DNA from: a plasmid
NCBI RefSeq assembly: GCF_056746865.1
Contig: NZ_JBWKMP010000007.1
Strand: one strand, 5' to 3'
DNA: 12,766 bases
Positions 1-6,281 of this stretch are shown in pieces. Both the position numbers and the translations under genes were made by a program. The notes under the pieces are model-generated. The model searched no databases. It saw only the letters and a program-made list of their open reading frames with translations, and was not told the origin of the DNA. The first letter of the stretch is position 1, and each line of letters begins with the position of its first letter.

Positions 1-260
1 GAGGTATCCGGTAAGCGGCAGGGTCGGAACAGGAGAGCGCACGAGGGAGCTTCCGGGGGGAAACGCCTGGTATCTTTAAGTCCTGTCGGGTTTCGCCACC
101 TCTGACTTGAGCGTCGATTTTTGTGATGCTCGTCAGGGGGGCGGAGCCTATGGAAAAAGCGCCTCCTGCGCGGCCTTTTCTGGGGTCTTCGTTTTTTGCT
201 CACATGTTCTTTCCGGCGTTATCCCCTGATTGTGTGGATAACAGTATCACCGCTTTTGAG
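1..260 (+). other. ColE1-type replication origin, distal part (3' region of the RNA II primer and RNA/DNA switch)
   Basis: Recognised by eye as the pMB1/ColE1 origin segment (ggtatccggtaagcggcagggtcggaacaggagagcgcacgagggagcttcc ... ttttgctcacatgttctttcc). Continues the RNA II region that starts at 12371 if the molecule is circular. RNA/DNA switch estimated near 160-200 by distance (about 555 nt) from the RNA II start. Confidence 0.85.
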
Positions 261-399
261 TGAGCAGACACCGCTCGCCACAGCCGAACGACCGAGCGCA
301 GCGAGTCAGTGAGCGAGGAAGCGGAAGAGCATCGGCATCTGCATGTTCTCCTTACGCATCTGTGCGGCATTTCACACCGTACATGGTGCACTTTTCATA

Positions 400-520
400 C
401 AATCCGCACCGATGCCGCATGACTAAGCCAGTATACACTCCGCTATCGCTACGTGACTGGGTCAGGGCTGCGCCCCGACACCCGCTAAAACCTGCTGACG
501 CGCCCTGACGGGCTTGTCGG
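400..520 (-). promoter_or_regulatory. oriT: bom / oriT (basis of mobility) with candidate nic motif CTGG/CTTA on the minus strand near 424-431
   Basis: Sequence tatacactccgctatcgctacgtgactgggtca...gccccgacacccgc matches the pBR322/ColE1 bom region from memory. The reverse complement of 424-431 (taagccag) is CTGGCTTA, the nic motif I recall for ColE1-type oriT. Lies between ori and rom, as in ColE1. Confidence 0.55.
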
Positions 521-573
521 CTCCCGGCATCCGCTCACAGACAAGCTGTGACCGTCTCCGGGAGCTGCATGTG

Positions 574-765
574 TCAGAGGTTTTCACCGTCATCCCCGAA
601 ACGTGCGAGGCAGCTGCGGTAAAGCTCATCGGCGTGGTCGTGAAGCGATTCACAGATATCTGCCTGTTCATCCGCGTCCAGTTCGTTGAGTTTCTCCAGC
701 AGCGTTAATGTCTGGCCTCTGATGAAGCGGGCCATGTTAAGGGCGGTTTTTTCCTGTTTAGTCAC
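574..765 (-). CDS. rom: Rom/Rop, RNA I-RNA II interaction modulator (63 aa)
   Basis: Translation VTKQEKTALNMARFIRGQTLTLLEKLNELDADEQADICESLHDHADELYRSCLARFGDDGENL is near-identical to Rop as I recall it. GTG start at 765 with GGAGG 7 nt upstream on the minus strand. Confidence 0.9.
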   Translation of the reverse strand: MTKQEKTALNMARFIRGQTLTLLEKLNELDADEQADICESLHDHADELYRSCLARFGDDGENL

Positions 766-796
766 TGATGCCTCCGTGTAAGGGGGATTTCTGTTC

Positions 797-1153
797 ATGG
801 GGGTAATGATACCGATGAAACGCGAGAGGATGCTCACGATACGGGTTACTGATGATGAACATGCCCGGTTACTGGAACGCTGTGAGGGTAAACAACTGGC
901 GGTATGGATGCGGCGGGTCTGCCTGGGGGAGCCGGTTGCCCGTTCCGGGAAGCTGCCGACACTGGCACCGCCGTTACTGCGTCAGCTGGCCGCCATCGGG
1001 AATAACCTGAATCAGACCGCGAGGAAGGTGAACAGCGGGCAGTGGTCTTCCGGTGATCGGGTTCAGGTGGTGGCCGCACTGATGGCCATCGGGGATGAGC
1101 TGCGCCGGCTGCGTCTGGCCGTCAGGGAACAGGGGGCGCGGGATGATAGTTAA
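797..1153 (+). CDS. mbeC: Mobilisation accessory protein MbeC (MobC-like relaxosome component)
   Basis: 118-aa ORF immediately upstream of and overlapping the relaxase gene, in the ColE1 mbeC position. Start codon uncertain (ATG at 797, 806 or 815); purine-rich stretch aagggggga upstream. Confidence 0.75.
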   Translation: MGVMIPMKRERMLTIRVTDDEHARLLERCEGKQLAVWMRRVCLGEPVARSGKLPTLAPPLLRQLAAIGNNLNQTARKVNSGQWSSGDRVQVVAALMAIGDELRRLRLAVREQGARDDS

Positions 1154-2717
1154 ATTTCATGCCAGGGGAAAAGGTGGTGGCAGTGGTCCGGTTGATTACC
1201 TGCTGGGGAGGGAGCGTAACCGCGAAGGCGCAACGGTGCTTCAGGGTAATCCGGAAGAAGTCCGGGAACTCATCGATGCCACGCCATTTGCGAAGAAATA
1301 CACGTCAGGCGTTCTGTCGTTCGCGGAGAAGGAGTTGCCGCCGGGAGGACGTGAAAAAGTGATGGCGAGCTTTGAGCGCGTACTGATGCCAGGTCTCGAA
1401 AAGAATCAGTACAGCATCCTGTGGGTGGAGCACCAGGACAAGGGACGGCTTGAGCTGAATTTTGTCATTCCGAACATGGAGCTACAGACCGGAAAACGTC
1501 TCCAGCCGTACTACGACCGGGCAGACAGGCCGAGAATTGATGCCTGGCAGACGCTGGTGAATCACCATTACGGGCTGCATGACCCCAACGCCCCGGAGAA
1601 CCGCCGGATACTGACTCTCTCTGATAACCTGCCGGAAACGAAACAGGCGCTTGCTGAGAGCGTCACACGCGGGATAGACGCTCTTTATCATGTAGGGGAG
1701 ATAAAAGGCCGTCAGGATGTGATTCAGGCGCTCACAGAGGCGGGGCTTGAAGTGGTCAGGGTGACGCGAAGCAGCATCAGCATTGCAGACCCGAACGGCG
1801 GGAAGAATATCAGGCTGAAAGGAGCGTTTTATGAGCAATCTTTTACAGACGGGCGCGGAGTTCGAGAAAAAGCTGAAAGAGAGAGCCGAATCTACAGAGA
1901 AAGTGCTGAACAACGAGTTCAGGAGGCTCGGCGAATCTGTAAGCGAGGTTGTGACATCAAACGAGACGAAAATCAGAGACGCTATAGCCCTGTTCACAGC
2001 CTCGACAGAGGAATCGCTGGAGAAACACCGGGAAGGGGTGAAAGAGGCGATGAGGCAGCACAGGAAGGACGTGTTAAAGCTGGCAGGGAATACGGGCATG
2101 ATGTTACTGGGGATAGTCTTTCTCCTGTTTACCGCGAGTGGCGGGACGCTCTGGTATCTTGGCGGGAGGATACAGGCGAACCTGGAAGATATCAGGAAGC
2201 AGGAAGAGACATTGCAGAAACTGAACGCGAAGACATGGGGCGTGGAGTTCGTGCAGGACGGGAACAGGAAATTTCTGGTCCTTCCGTACGGGAAATCAGC
2301 AGAGGTGATTCCCTTTCAGGGGAAAGAGTGGGTACATCTGAAGGAGTGACACAGAGTGACAGAGCTGGAAACACATTTGCTGAACGCCTTAGAGCAGCTG
2401 CAACAGGACTATATGCAGCGGCTGAACGAATGGGAGAGCGCCTTCGTGGAATTGCAGAAGATGTTTTCGCTTACGCAACGGGACAACGCGATGCTGAACG
2501 AGCGGGTCATGCAGTTGAGTCAGCAGGTGCAGCACTTGAGCGAGCAGACAGAACACTTGAGCGAGCAGACAGAACACTTGAGCCAGTTATACAGCGAGAG
2601 CAGGAGATAAGGGACGAACTACTGATACAGGAACGTGAACATGAGCTATTCCTAGAGCGTGAGCGCCATCTGGAAATACAGGAACGGACACTGGATGGCC
2701 CGTCGCTGGGATGGTAA
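1143..2717 (+). CDS. mbeA: ColE1-type relaxase MbeA (MobA, HEN/MOB-P family)
   Basis: 524-aa ORF starting MIVKFHARGKGGGSGPVDYLLG with internal ATG at 1143, matching ColE1 MbeA from memory. Contains WVEHQDKGRLELNFV region. Overlaps mbeC 3' end by 11 nt. Confidence 0.9.
   Translation: MIVKFHARGKGGGSGPVDYLLGRERNREGATVLQGNPEEVRELIDATPFAKKYTSGVLSFAEKELPPGGREKVMASFERVLMPGLEKNQYSILWVEHQDKGRLELNFVIPNMELQTGKRLQPYYDRADRPRIDAWQTLVNHHYGLHDPNAPENRRILTLSDNLPETKQALAESVTRGIDALYHVGEIKGRQDVIQALTEAGLEVVRVTRSSISIADPNGGKNIRLKGAFYEQSFTDGRGVREKAERESRIYRESAEQRVQEARRICKRGCDIKRDENQRRYSPVHSLDRGIAGETPGRGERGDEAAQEGRVKAGREYGHDVTGDSLSPVYREWRDALVSWREDTGEPGRYQEAGRDIAETEREDMGRGVRAGREQEISGPSVREISRGDSLSGERVGTSEGVTQSDRAGNTFAERLRAAATGLYAAAERMGERLRGIAEDVFAYATGQRDAERAGHAVESAGAALERADRTLERADRTLEPVIQREQEIRDELLIQEREHELFLERERHLEIQERTLDGPSLGW
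1831..2349 (+). CDS. mbeB: Mobilisation protein MbeB, encoded in the +1 frame inside mbeA
   Basis: 172-aa ORF fully nested in mbeA in another frame, with a hydrophobic segment (MMLLGIVFLLFTASGGTLWYL). Same size and position as ColE1 MbeB as I recall it. Confidence 0.7.
   Translation: MSNLLQTGAEFEKKLKERAESTEKVLNNEFRRLGESVSEVVTSNETKIRDAIALFTASTEESLEKHREGVKEAMRQHRKDVLKLAGNTGMMLLGIVFLLFTASGGTLWYLGGRIQANLEDIRKQEETLQKLNAKTWGVEFVQDGNRKFLVLPYGKSAEVIPFQGKEWVHLKE
2356..2610 (+). CDS. mbeD: Mobilisation protein MbeD (about 9 kDa), nested in the 3' part of mbeA; GTG start
   Basis: 84-codon ORF beginning with GTG at 2356 directly after the mbeB stop (2347-2349). Coiled-coil-like sequence. Position and size match ColE1 mbeD from memory. 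Confidence 0.55.
   Translation: MTELETHLLNALEQLQQDYMQRLNEWESAFVELQKMFSLTQRDNAMLNERVMQLSQQVQHLSEQTEHLSEQTEHLSQLYSESRR
2533..2583. repeat. Perfect 21-bp tandem duplication (cacttgagcgagcagacagaa x2, plus 9-bp partial third copy) inside overlapping mbeA/mbeD
   Basis: Direct reading: units at 2533-2553 and 2554-2574, partial at 2575-2583. In frame in both genes (ERADRTL x2 in MbeA, EQTEHLS x2 in MbeD). Confidence 0.9.
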
Positions 2718-2825
2718 CCAAAGACAGGCTAAAGTGTTGTCAGCGCGTTTCCGGTGCATTTTTTTGGATAATGGTTGGTTCAGGGCACTAGGAACTAGCT
2801 TCAGTCAGGCCTTGCTGAAAACACA

Positions 2826-2961
2826 GGAACGCGTTAAAACGCATACGGACGCGTTTCTGGCGCTCAAAAACCATGGGGTTAGTGTGGGTAGTGTGTATAG
2901 CAACAGGAGCCTGGAACGCGTTCCGCTTCTTCTGTAATCGACGCCAGAATGCGTTTAATGC
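2826..2961. promoter_or_regulatory. Cluster of dyad-symmetric motifs (GGAACGCGTT x2 including perfect palindrome GGAACGCGTTCC; inverted pair gacgcgtttctggcgc / gacgccagaatgcgttt)
   Basis: Direct reading: ggaacgcgtt at 2826-2835 and 2913-2922; gacgcgtttctggcgc at 2848-2863 with inverted partner cgccagaatgcg at 2942-2953. Function unknown; may be protein-binding sites. Confidence 0.3.
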
Positions 2962-3100
2962 TTCTTCTGATGGTATCAGAGAGGAGCTGCTTGAGTTATT
3001 CCTGTTGGCCACAGAGCGTAATTATCTCCTTTTCAGATCCACACGGGGATACGTCAGAATCGGAACTGAGCAAGGATTACTGAAAGATACTGTTTGCCAG

Positions 3101-3125
3101 AAAAAAAATCCTCATACATGATGAG
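3101..3125 (-). terminator. Hairpin followed by T8 on the minus strand (candidate intrinsic terminator for minus-strand transcription leaving the AT-rich island)
   Basis: Plus strand aaaaaaaatcctcatacatgatgaggat: 8-bp stem atcctcat/atgaggat, 5-nt loop. The A8 run on plus becomes a U-tract after the stem on the minus strand. Confidence 0.45.
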
Positions 3126-3420
3126 GATAAAGTCTTAAAGGTCCATTCTATGGAGTGTCGGATTGAAAAATTTCTCCGGATGATATCCTTCACAGTTTAA
3201 ATGTGATTTCAACCATAAGTTTTTTATGGATTTTGTTAAATAAAAAAGAATTGAGTCGTGTTTCTGATATGTCTGAATATAATAAGTGAACAGTTATAAA
3301 ATAATTGTTTTATATTTATTGTGAGTTTGATGTTATGTTCTGCATAAATAACTGTAGTTTAGAATATTATTCTTTTATATTTATAGCTGTGAGATGATAA
3401 ATTATAAGTGTTCTTTGTGC

Positions 3421-3448
3421 TATAAAGAACCCCCCGTATAAGGGGGGG
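3421..3448 (-). terminator. C6/G7 hairpin (ccccccgtataaggggggg) with U-rich tail on the minus strand
   Basis: Stem 3430-3435 / 3442-3448. Minus-strand reading gives the stem followed by ttcttta. Confidence 0.35.
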
Positions 3449-3564
3449 TAAAAGATGGGTTTACTTCTTTTTAGTCCATGCCCTGGTGAGCTACATGAAG
3501 CTCGACACTACAGTAAAGATTTGCAGTTTTTTTGAACTTTACGCAAGCAATTTATTTACATTGT

Positions 3565-3593
3565 AAAGAAAACCCCCTCAATTCCGGAGGGGG
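3565..3593 (-). terminator. Hairpin ccccctc-aattccg-gaggggg with U-tract on the minus strand
   Basis: Stem 3573-3579 / 3587-3593. The plus-strand A-run 3566-3572 becomes ttttctt 3' of the stem on the minus strand. Confidence 0.4.
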
Positions 3594-3898
3594 AGTGTAG
3601 GGAAGTGCCTGATTTATTTTATGTACGCGCAAAAATGAGATAGCTTTTATTAGATATCATCAGCCCTGTCTGCATCAGTCAGCTCCTTACAGCGTCAGGA
3701 GTACTGATGAAGGGGGGGAACGTTCCTGCGTTTTTGCAAAGGCAATCCGGCTAGAGGCTTTACTACGCAGAAACATTCCGGACAACTTTTTACCCCAGTG
3801 TAACTTGTAGATCAACCAGATTTTGTTGCAGTAAAAATACAGTGGTTTCGAATTTGTAACATTTGTCACAAAAATAACATCAATATGTTGGTTTTCTG

Positions 3899-3928
3899 TT
3901 GATAAATGGTTTGGTCGCTGATTATGAT
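3899..3928 (+). promoter_or_regulatory. Sigma70-like promoter candidate (TTGATA, 18-bp spacer, TATGAT)
   Basis: -35 ttgata at 3899-3904; -10 tatgat at 3923-3928. Followed by a leader hairpin gtactcc/ggagtac (3935-3952) that would sequester the AGGAG at 3944-3948. Confidence 0.3.
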
Positions 3929-3992
3929 TTCCTTGTACTCCACAGGAGTACAGTCATGTGCATACTAAAATCCGTGTTTTCGATAAAATTAA

Positions 3993-4020
3993 GGCCGTGA
4001 TACAGAATCACGGCTTTTTT
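3993..4020 (+). terminator. Rho-independent terminator (ggccgtga-tacagaa-tcacggc + T6)
   Basis: 7-8-bp GC-rich stem 3993-4000 / 4008-4014, T-run 4015-4020. Confidence 0.6.
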
Positions 4021-4056
4021 CTTGCCTGAAAGGATCATTTACGCTAGAAGAATTAT

Positions 4057-4119
4057 GAGCGCGTCTCTGGTGTTTGTTGCAGGGATAATATCTAATATGG
4101 GGCACCGGAAACGCGCTCT
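4057..4119. repeat. Dyad module A: 16-bp imperfect inverted repeat (gagcgcgtctctggtg ... caccggaaacgcgctc) around a loop of about 31 nt
   Basis: Direct reading. Paralogous to module B; the arms differ from B by a compensatory change (gcgcg/cgcgc in A versus gcgtg/cacgc in B). Confidence 0.5.
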
Positions 4120-4197
4120 CCCTTCGTATACAGAATGCCCATTAATTTCTTCTTCCTGATTTTCCAGACATATATTCTTGTGTAAATTAAAAAACAG

Positions 4198-4272
4198 AGC
4201 GTGTTTCTGGTGTGAATTTGTTGGCTACAATGTGCATTGTTGTTCTGTGTTCCAGAAACACGCTTCTTTTTT
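4198..4272. repeat. Dyad module B: 13-bp perfect inverted repeat (agcgtgtttctgg ... ccagaaacacgct), loop about 38 nt, A-run upstream and T6 downstream (bidirectional terminator-like)
   Basis: Direct reading: arms 4199-4211 and 4252-4264, T-run 4267-4272, A-run 4190-4195. Confidence 0.5.
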
Positions 4273-4395
4273 GAGATGCACATCGGTCTTATACAAAGAG
4301 GGATGGTTGTATCTGTGTCAGAGTTTTGTTATTTTTTGTATGCTCAGTTATTGATGGTTAATAATATCAAGAAAATCAGCAAGTTCCTTACACTA

Positions 4396-4421
4396 CCCCT
4401 CTTCAGTAGAGGGGTTTTTTT
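4396..4421 (+). terminator. Rho-independent terminator (cccctct-tcagt-agagggg + T7)
   Basis: Stem 4396-4402 / 4408-4414, T-run 4415-4421. Confidence 0.65.
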
Positions 4422-4490
4422 ATCTGGTACGCCGTAAAACCCGGTCCTTCAGGGCGTAGAGGATGTCAAAAATTTCTTCGAAAGGTAATA

Positions 4491-4721
4491 CCCGGTATCC
4501 CGCTCATGCTGGCGAACCCAGACACGCAGGGTCTCTGGCGTACAGCCAATCTTTGGAGCAATGGAACAAATTGCCGCCCATTGTGAGTCATATTCGCCCT
4601 GGCTTTCCAGAACCATACGAACTGCCCGTTGACGGACTTCGGGGGAAAAACGAGTATTTTTAGTCATCCTGTTTACATCTTTCTCAGGAAGTTTAGTCTC
4701 CAGGATTTCCGGGGCGGTTCA
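4491..4721 (-). mobile_element. 5' remnant of an IS3-family element (IS629/IS1203-like): terminal inverted repeat plus the first 59 codons of orfA, truncated
   Basis: Minus-strand ORF 4449..4667 begins [59 protein letters not shown], which matches IS629-type OrfA from memory, then diverges into an unrelated 13-aa tail. The reverse complement of 4690-4721 is the IS-end-like tgaaccgccccggaaatcctggagactaaac. Confidence 0.7.
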
Positions 4722-4949
4722 GTCCGGCAGAGATAAATTGCCACGGGAAGTTAGAGAAAAGTGCGGGAAAATGTCTTAAGAATGATTCTGGAAGAACGAA
4801 AAGTAAGAAGCGCAAAGGCTATGAGGGCAAAAGAGTATCGTGCCGCAGCGAATACTTTTACCTGGCAGCCTGTACAGCGCAGGTGAATAGACATTCCCCT
4901 GACTCATCCTGCTCCCCTTGGCGGCGAAGGGGATTAATCCCTATCCTGT

Positions 4950-5200
4950 AACTTCTATTTTGTGGAATCGAAAACAGCTGAAAATTGTGAAAAAAAACCG
5001 TTTCAGTCGTCTCAGTAAGGAAATTCGCTTGTGATTCACCTGGATGCATAGGTATGCATAAGGTTAAAATTTATCAGGCGCGATCGCGGTAGTTTTTCGG
5101 GGGGGTTGTTGCGATTTTTACCTGTCTGCTGCCGTGATTGCGCTGAATGCATTTCAGCGGTGCGTACAATTAAGGGATTATGGTAAATCCACTTACTGTC
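4950..5200. other. cer: cer-like multimer resolution site with XerC/XerD core ggtgcgtacaa-ttaaggga-ttatggtaaat at 5159-5188
   Basis: Core is identical to the ColE1 cer crossover site as I recall it. Upstream accessory region (gcataaggttaaaatttatcaggcgcgatcgcgg ...) also resembles cer, including paired tgcata half-sites near 5042-5060 (possible ArgR box). Confidence 0.7.
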
Positions 5201-5612
5201 TTCCCTCGTAGCCATCGAGATAAACCGCAGAAATCGTCTCAGCCAGCAGCCTGGATTTTTTCGGGGTAAGGTCTTTGCTGCGGTAATCAGTACCCGCAAA
5301 TTGAGTTGTGCCCCGGAGTGAGTTTAAAAATTCCTGGCTGTGAAACTGCTGAATGCGTTGCTGCACATCACTCCGTGATTTTCCTGTCGCTTTATCCTTT
5401 GCTCCCATATCCCAGAACTGCCGGAAAAAAGGCACCATCATTCGTGTTGTGTCGGCCTTCTGGGTGGAAAAGTTAGGATCAAAACCATCGTCTGATGCAT
5501 AAACGTAATGCCGGGTATGTTGTTCCACACTGCCCTTTGGCGTGCAGGCTGTCAGGACCGTTGCCGCTGTCAGCAGGGCGATAAGATACAGTGTGCCGCC
5601 GGAACGTCTCAT
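5193..5612 (-). CDS. Putative lipoprotein of unknown function (139 aa; signal peptide with lipobox LTAC)
   Basis: N-terminus MRRSGGTLYLIALLTAATVLTAC has a basic n-region, hydrophobic core and L-T-A-C lipobox. Mature protein is hydrophilic. I do not recognise the family. Confidence 0.55.
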   Translation of the reverse strand: MRRSGGTLYLIALLTAATVLTACTPKGSVEQHTRHYVYASDDGFDPNFSTQKADTTRMMVPFFRQFWDMGAKDKATGKSRSDVQQRIQQFHSQEFLNSLRGTTQFAGTDYRSKDLTPKKSRLLAETISAVYLDGYEGRQ

Positions 5613-5695
5613 GAGTGTCTCCTTACCTTTAAATCTTTGTACTCAGTGACTTATATTTAACCGCTGACTATCTTATCATCACTTGCAGTCGGTGC

Positions 5696-6133
5696 TCACC
5701 GGCTGAACAGTCTGGCCCAGAATCCCCGTTTTTTTTCCTGCTCCAGTGCCTGCCTGAGCTGCTCTATCTCTTTATGTAGCTGTTCCCGTTCGGCTTCCTG
5801 GCGCCGGCGTTCCGTAGCCTGTGCCTGTTTGTCCTCAAGCATCAGTGTCAGGCATTGTCTCAGCTCATTCAGCTCCCGGAGAATGCGTTCTGTCTGCTGA
5901 TCATGTGGATTTTCTGCCTGTCCCGCACTGTGCCTTTCTGGTGTCTCATCCTGCTTTAATTCGCCGTATGCCCGGATCAGTTCACTGGTTTCAAACTCCC
6001 GCCGTCCGTCCTGGCCTGTACGATAACTGACAAGGCCTGCGCGCATATCACGGTAAAACTGTGAACGCGATCTGCCTGTCATTTTCAGTGCGTTCTGGAG
6101 TGTGTGCCATGCCATGAAGTGACAGTGTCCCAT
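5696..6133 (-). CDS. Putative small DNA-binding protein with N-terminal helix-turn-helix-like segment and C-terminal coiled coil (start codon ambiguous)
   Basis: AWHTLQNALKMTGRSRSQFYRDMRAGLVSY looks like an HTH. C-terminus RRRQEAEREQLHKEIEQLRQALEQEKKR is a charged heptad-like helix. No strong RBS at any of the three candidate ATGs. Confidence 0.5.
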   Translation of the reverse strand: MGHCHFMAWHTLQNALKMTGRSRSQFYRDMRAGLVSYRTGQDGRREFETSELIRAYGELKQDETPERHSAGQAENPHDQQTERILRELNELRQCLTLMLEDKQAQATERRRQEAEREQLHKEIEQLRQALEQEKKRGFWARLFSR

Positions 6134-6281
6134 TAATGTCTCATATCATGGTTTCAGTAAAACATACTGGGGCCGGAGAACGGTAATGTTTGTGCTGGTT
6201 TTTGTGGCATCGGGTGGGAATAGCACGTGGTGTGGGTGGCTGTTTTTTTGATCGTTTTCACAAAAATGAAAATCCACAGGG

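Larger units (their letters stand above)
3126..4440. other. AT-rich, apparently non-coding island (no ORF of 60 aa or more with a credible start) carrying multiple hairpins, terminators and repeated dyad modules
   Basis: Composition shift visible by eye. The six-frame track shows only three 60-66-aa ORFs without convincing start signals. Structured elements are listed separately. Confidence 0.6.

Noticed and set aside
200-508. ORFs 200..391 (-) and 260..508 (+) inside the origin/bom region
   Set aside because: They lie within the well-characterised non-coding ColE1 origin and bom sequence, with no start signals; frame artefacts.
1482-2099. 205-aa minus-strand ORF antisense to mbeA
   Set aside because: Shadow ORF inside a clearly recognised relaxase gene; no RBS or independent support.
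2659-3121. ORFs 2659..2937 (+), 2873..3121 (+) and 2788..3012 (-) downstream of mbeA (possible mbeE)
   Set aside because: No recognisable start signals or family resemblance, and the region is dense in dyad motifs. I cannot support a gene call, although ColE1 is said to carry a non-essential mbeE hereabouts.
3696-3951. Repeated 9-mer caggagtac at 3696-3704 and 3943-3951
   Set aside because: A single 9-bp match within 1.3 kb is expected by chance.
3687-4437. Small ORFs 3687..3869 (-), 4092..4283 (-) and 4237..4437 (+) in the AT-rich island
   Set aside because: Low-complexity translations without RBS; each runs through terminator or dyad structures; more likely non-coding.
4722-4950. Possible gene or regulatory element between the IS3 remnant and cer (ORF 4858..5049 -)
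   Set aside because: No credible ORF or recognisable motif; likely spacer or the upstream accessory part of cer.
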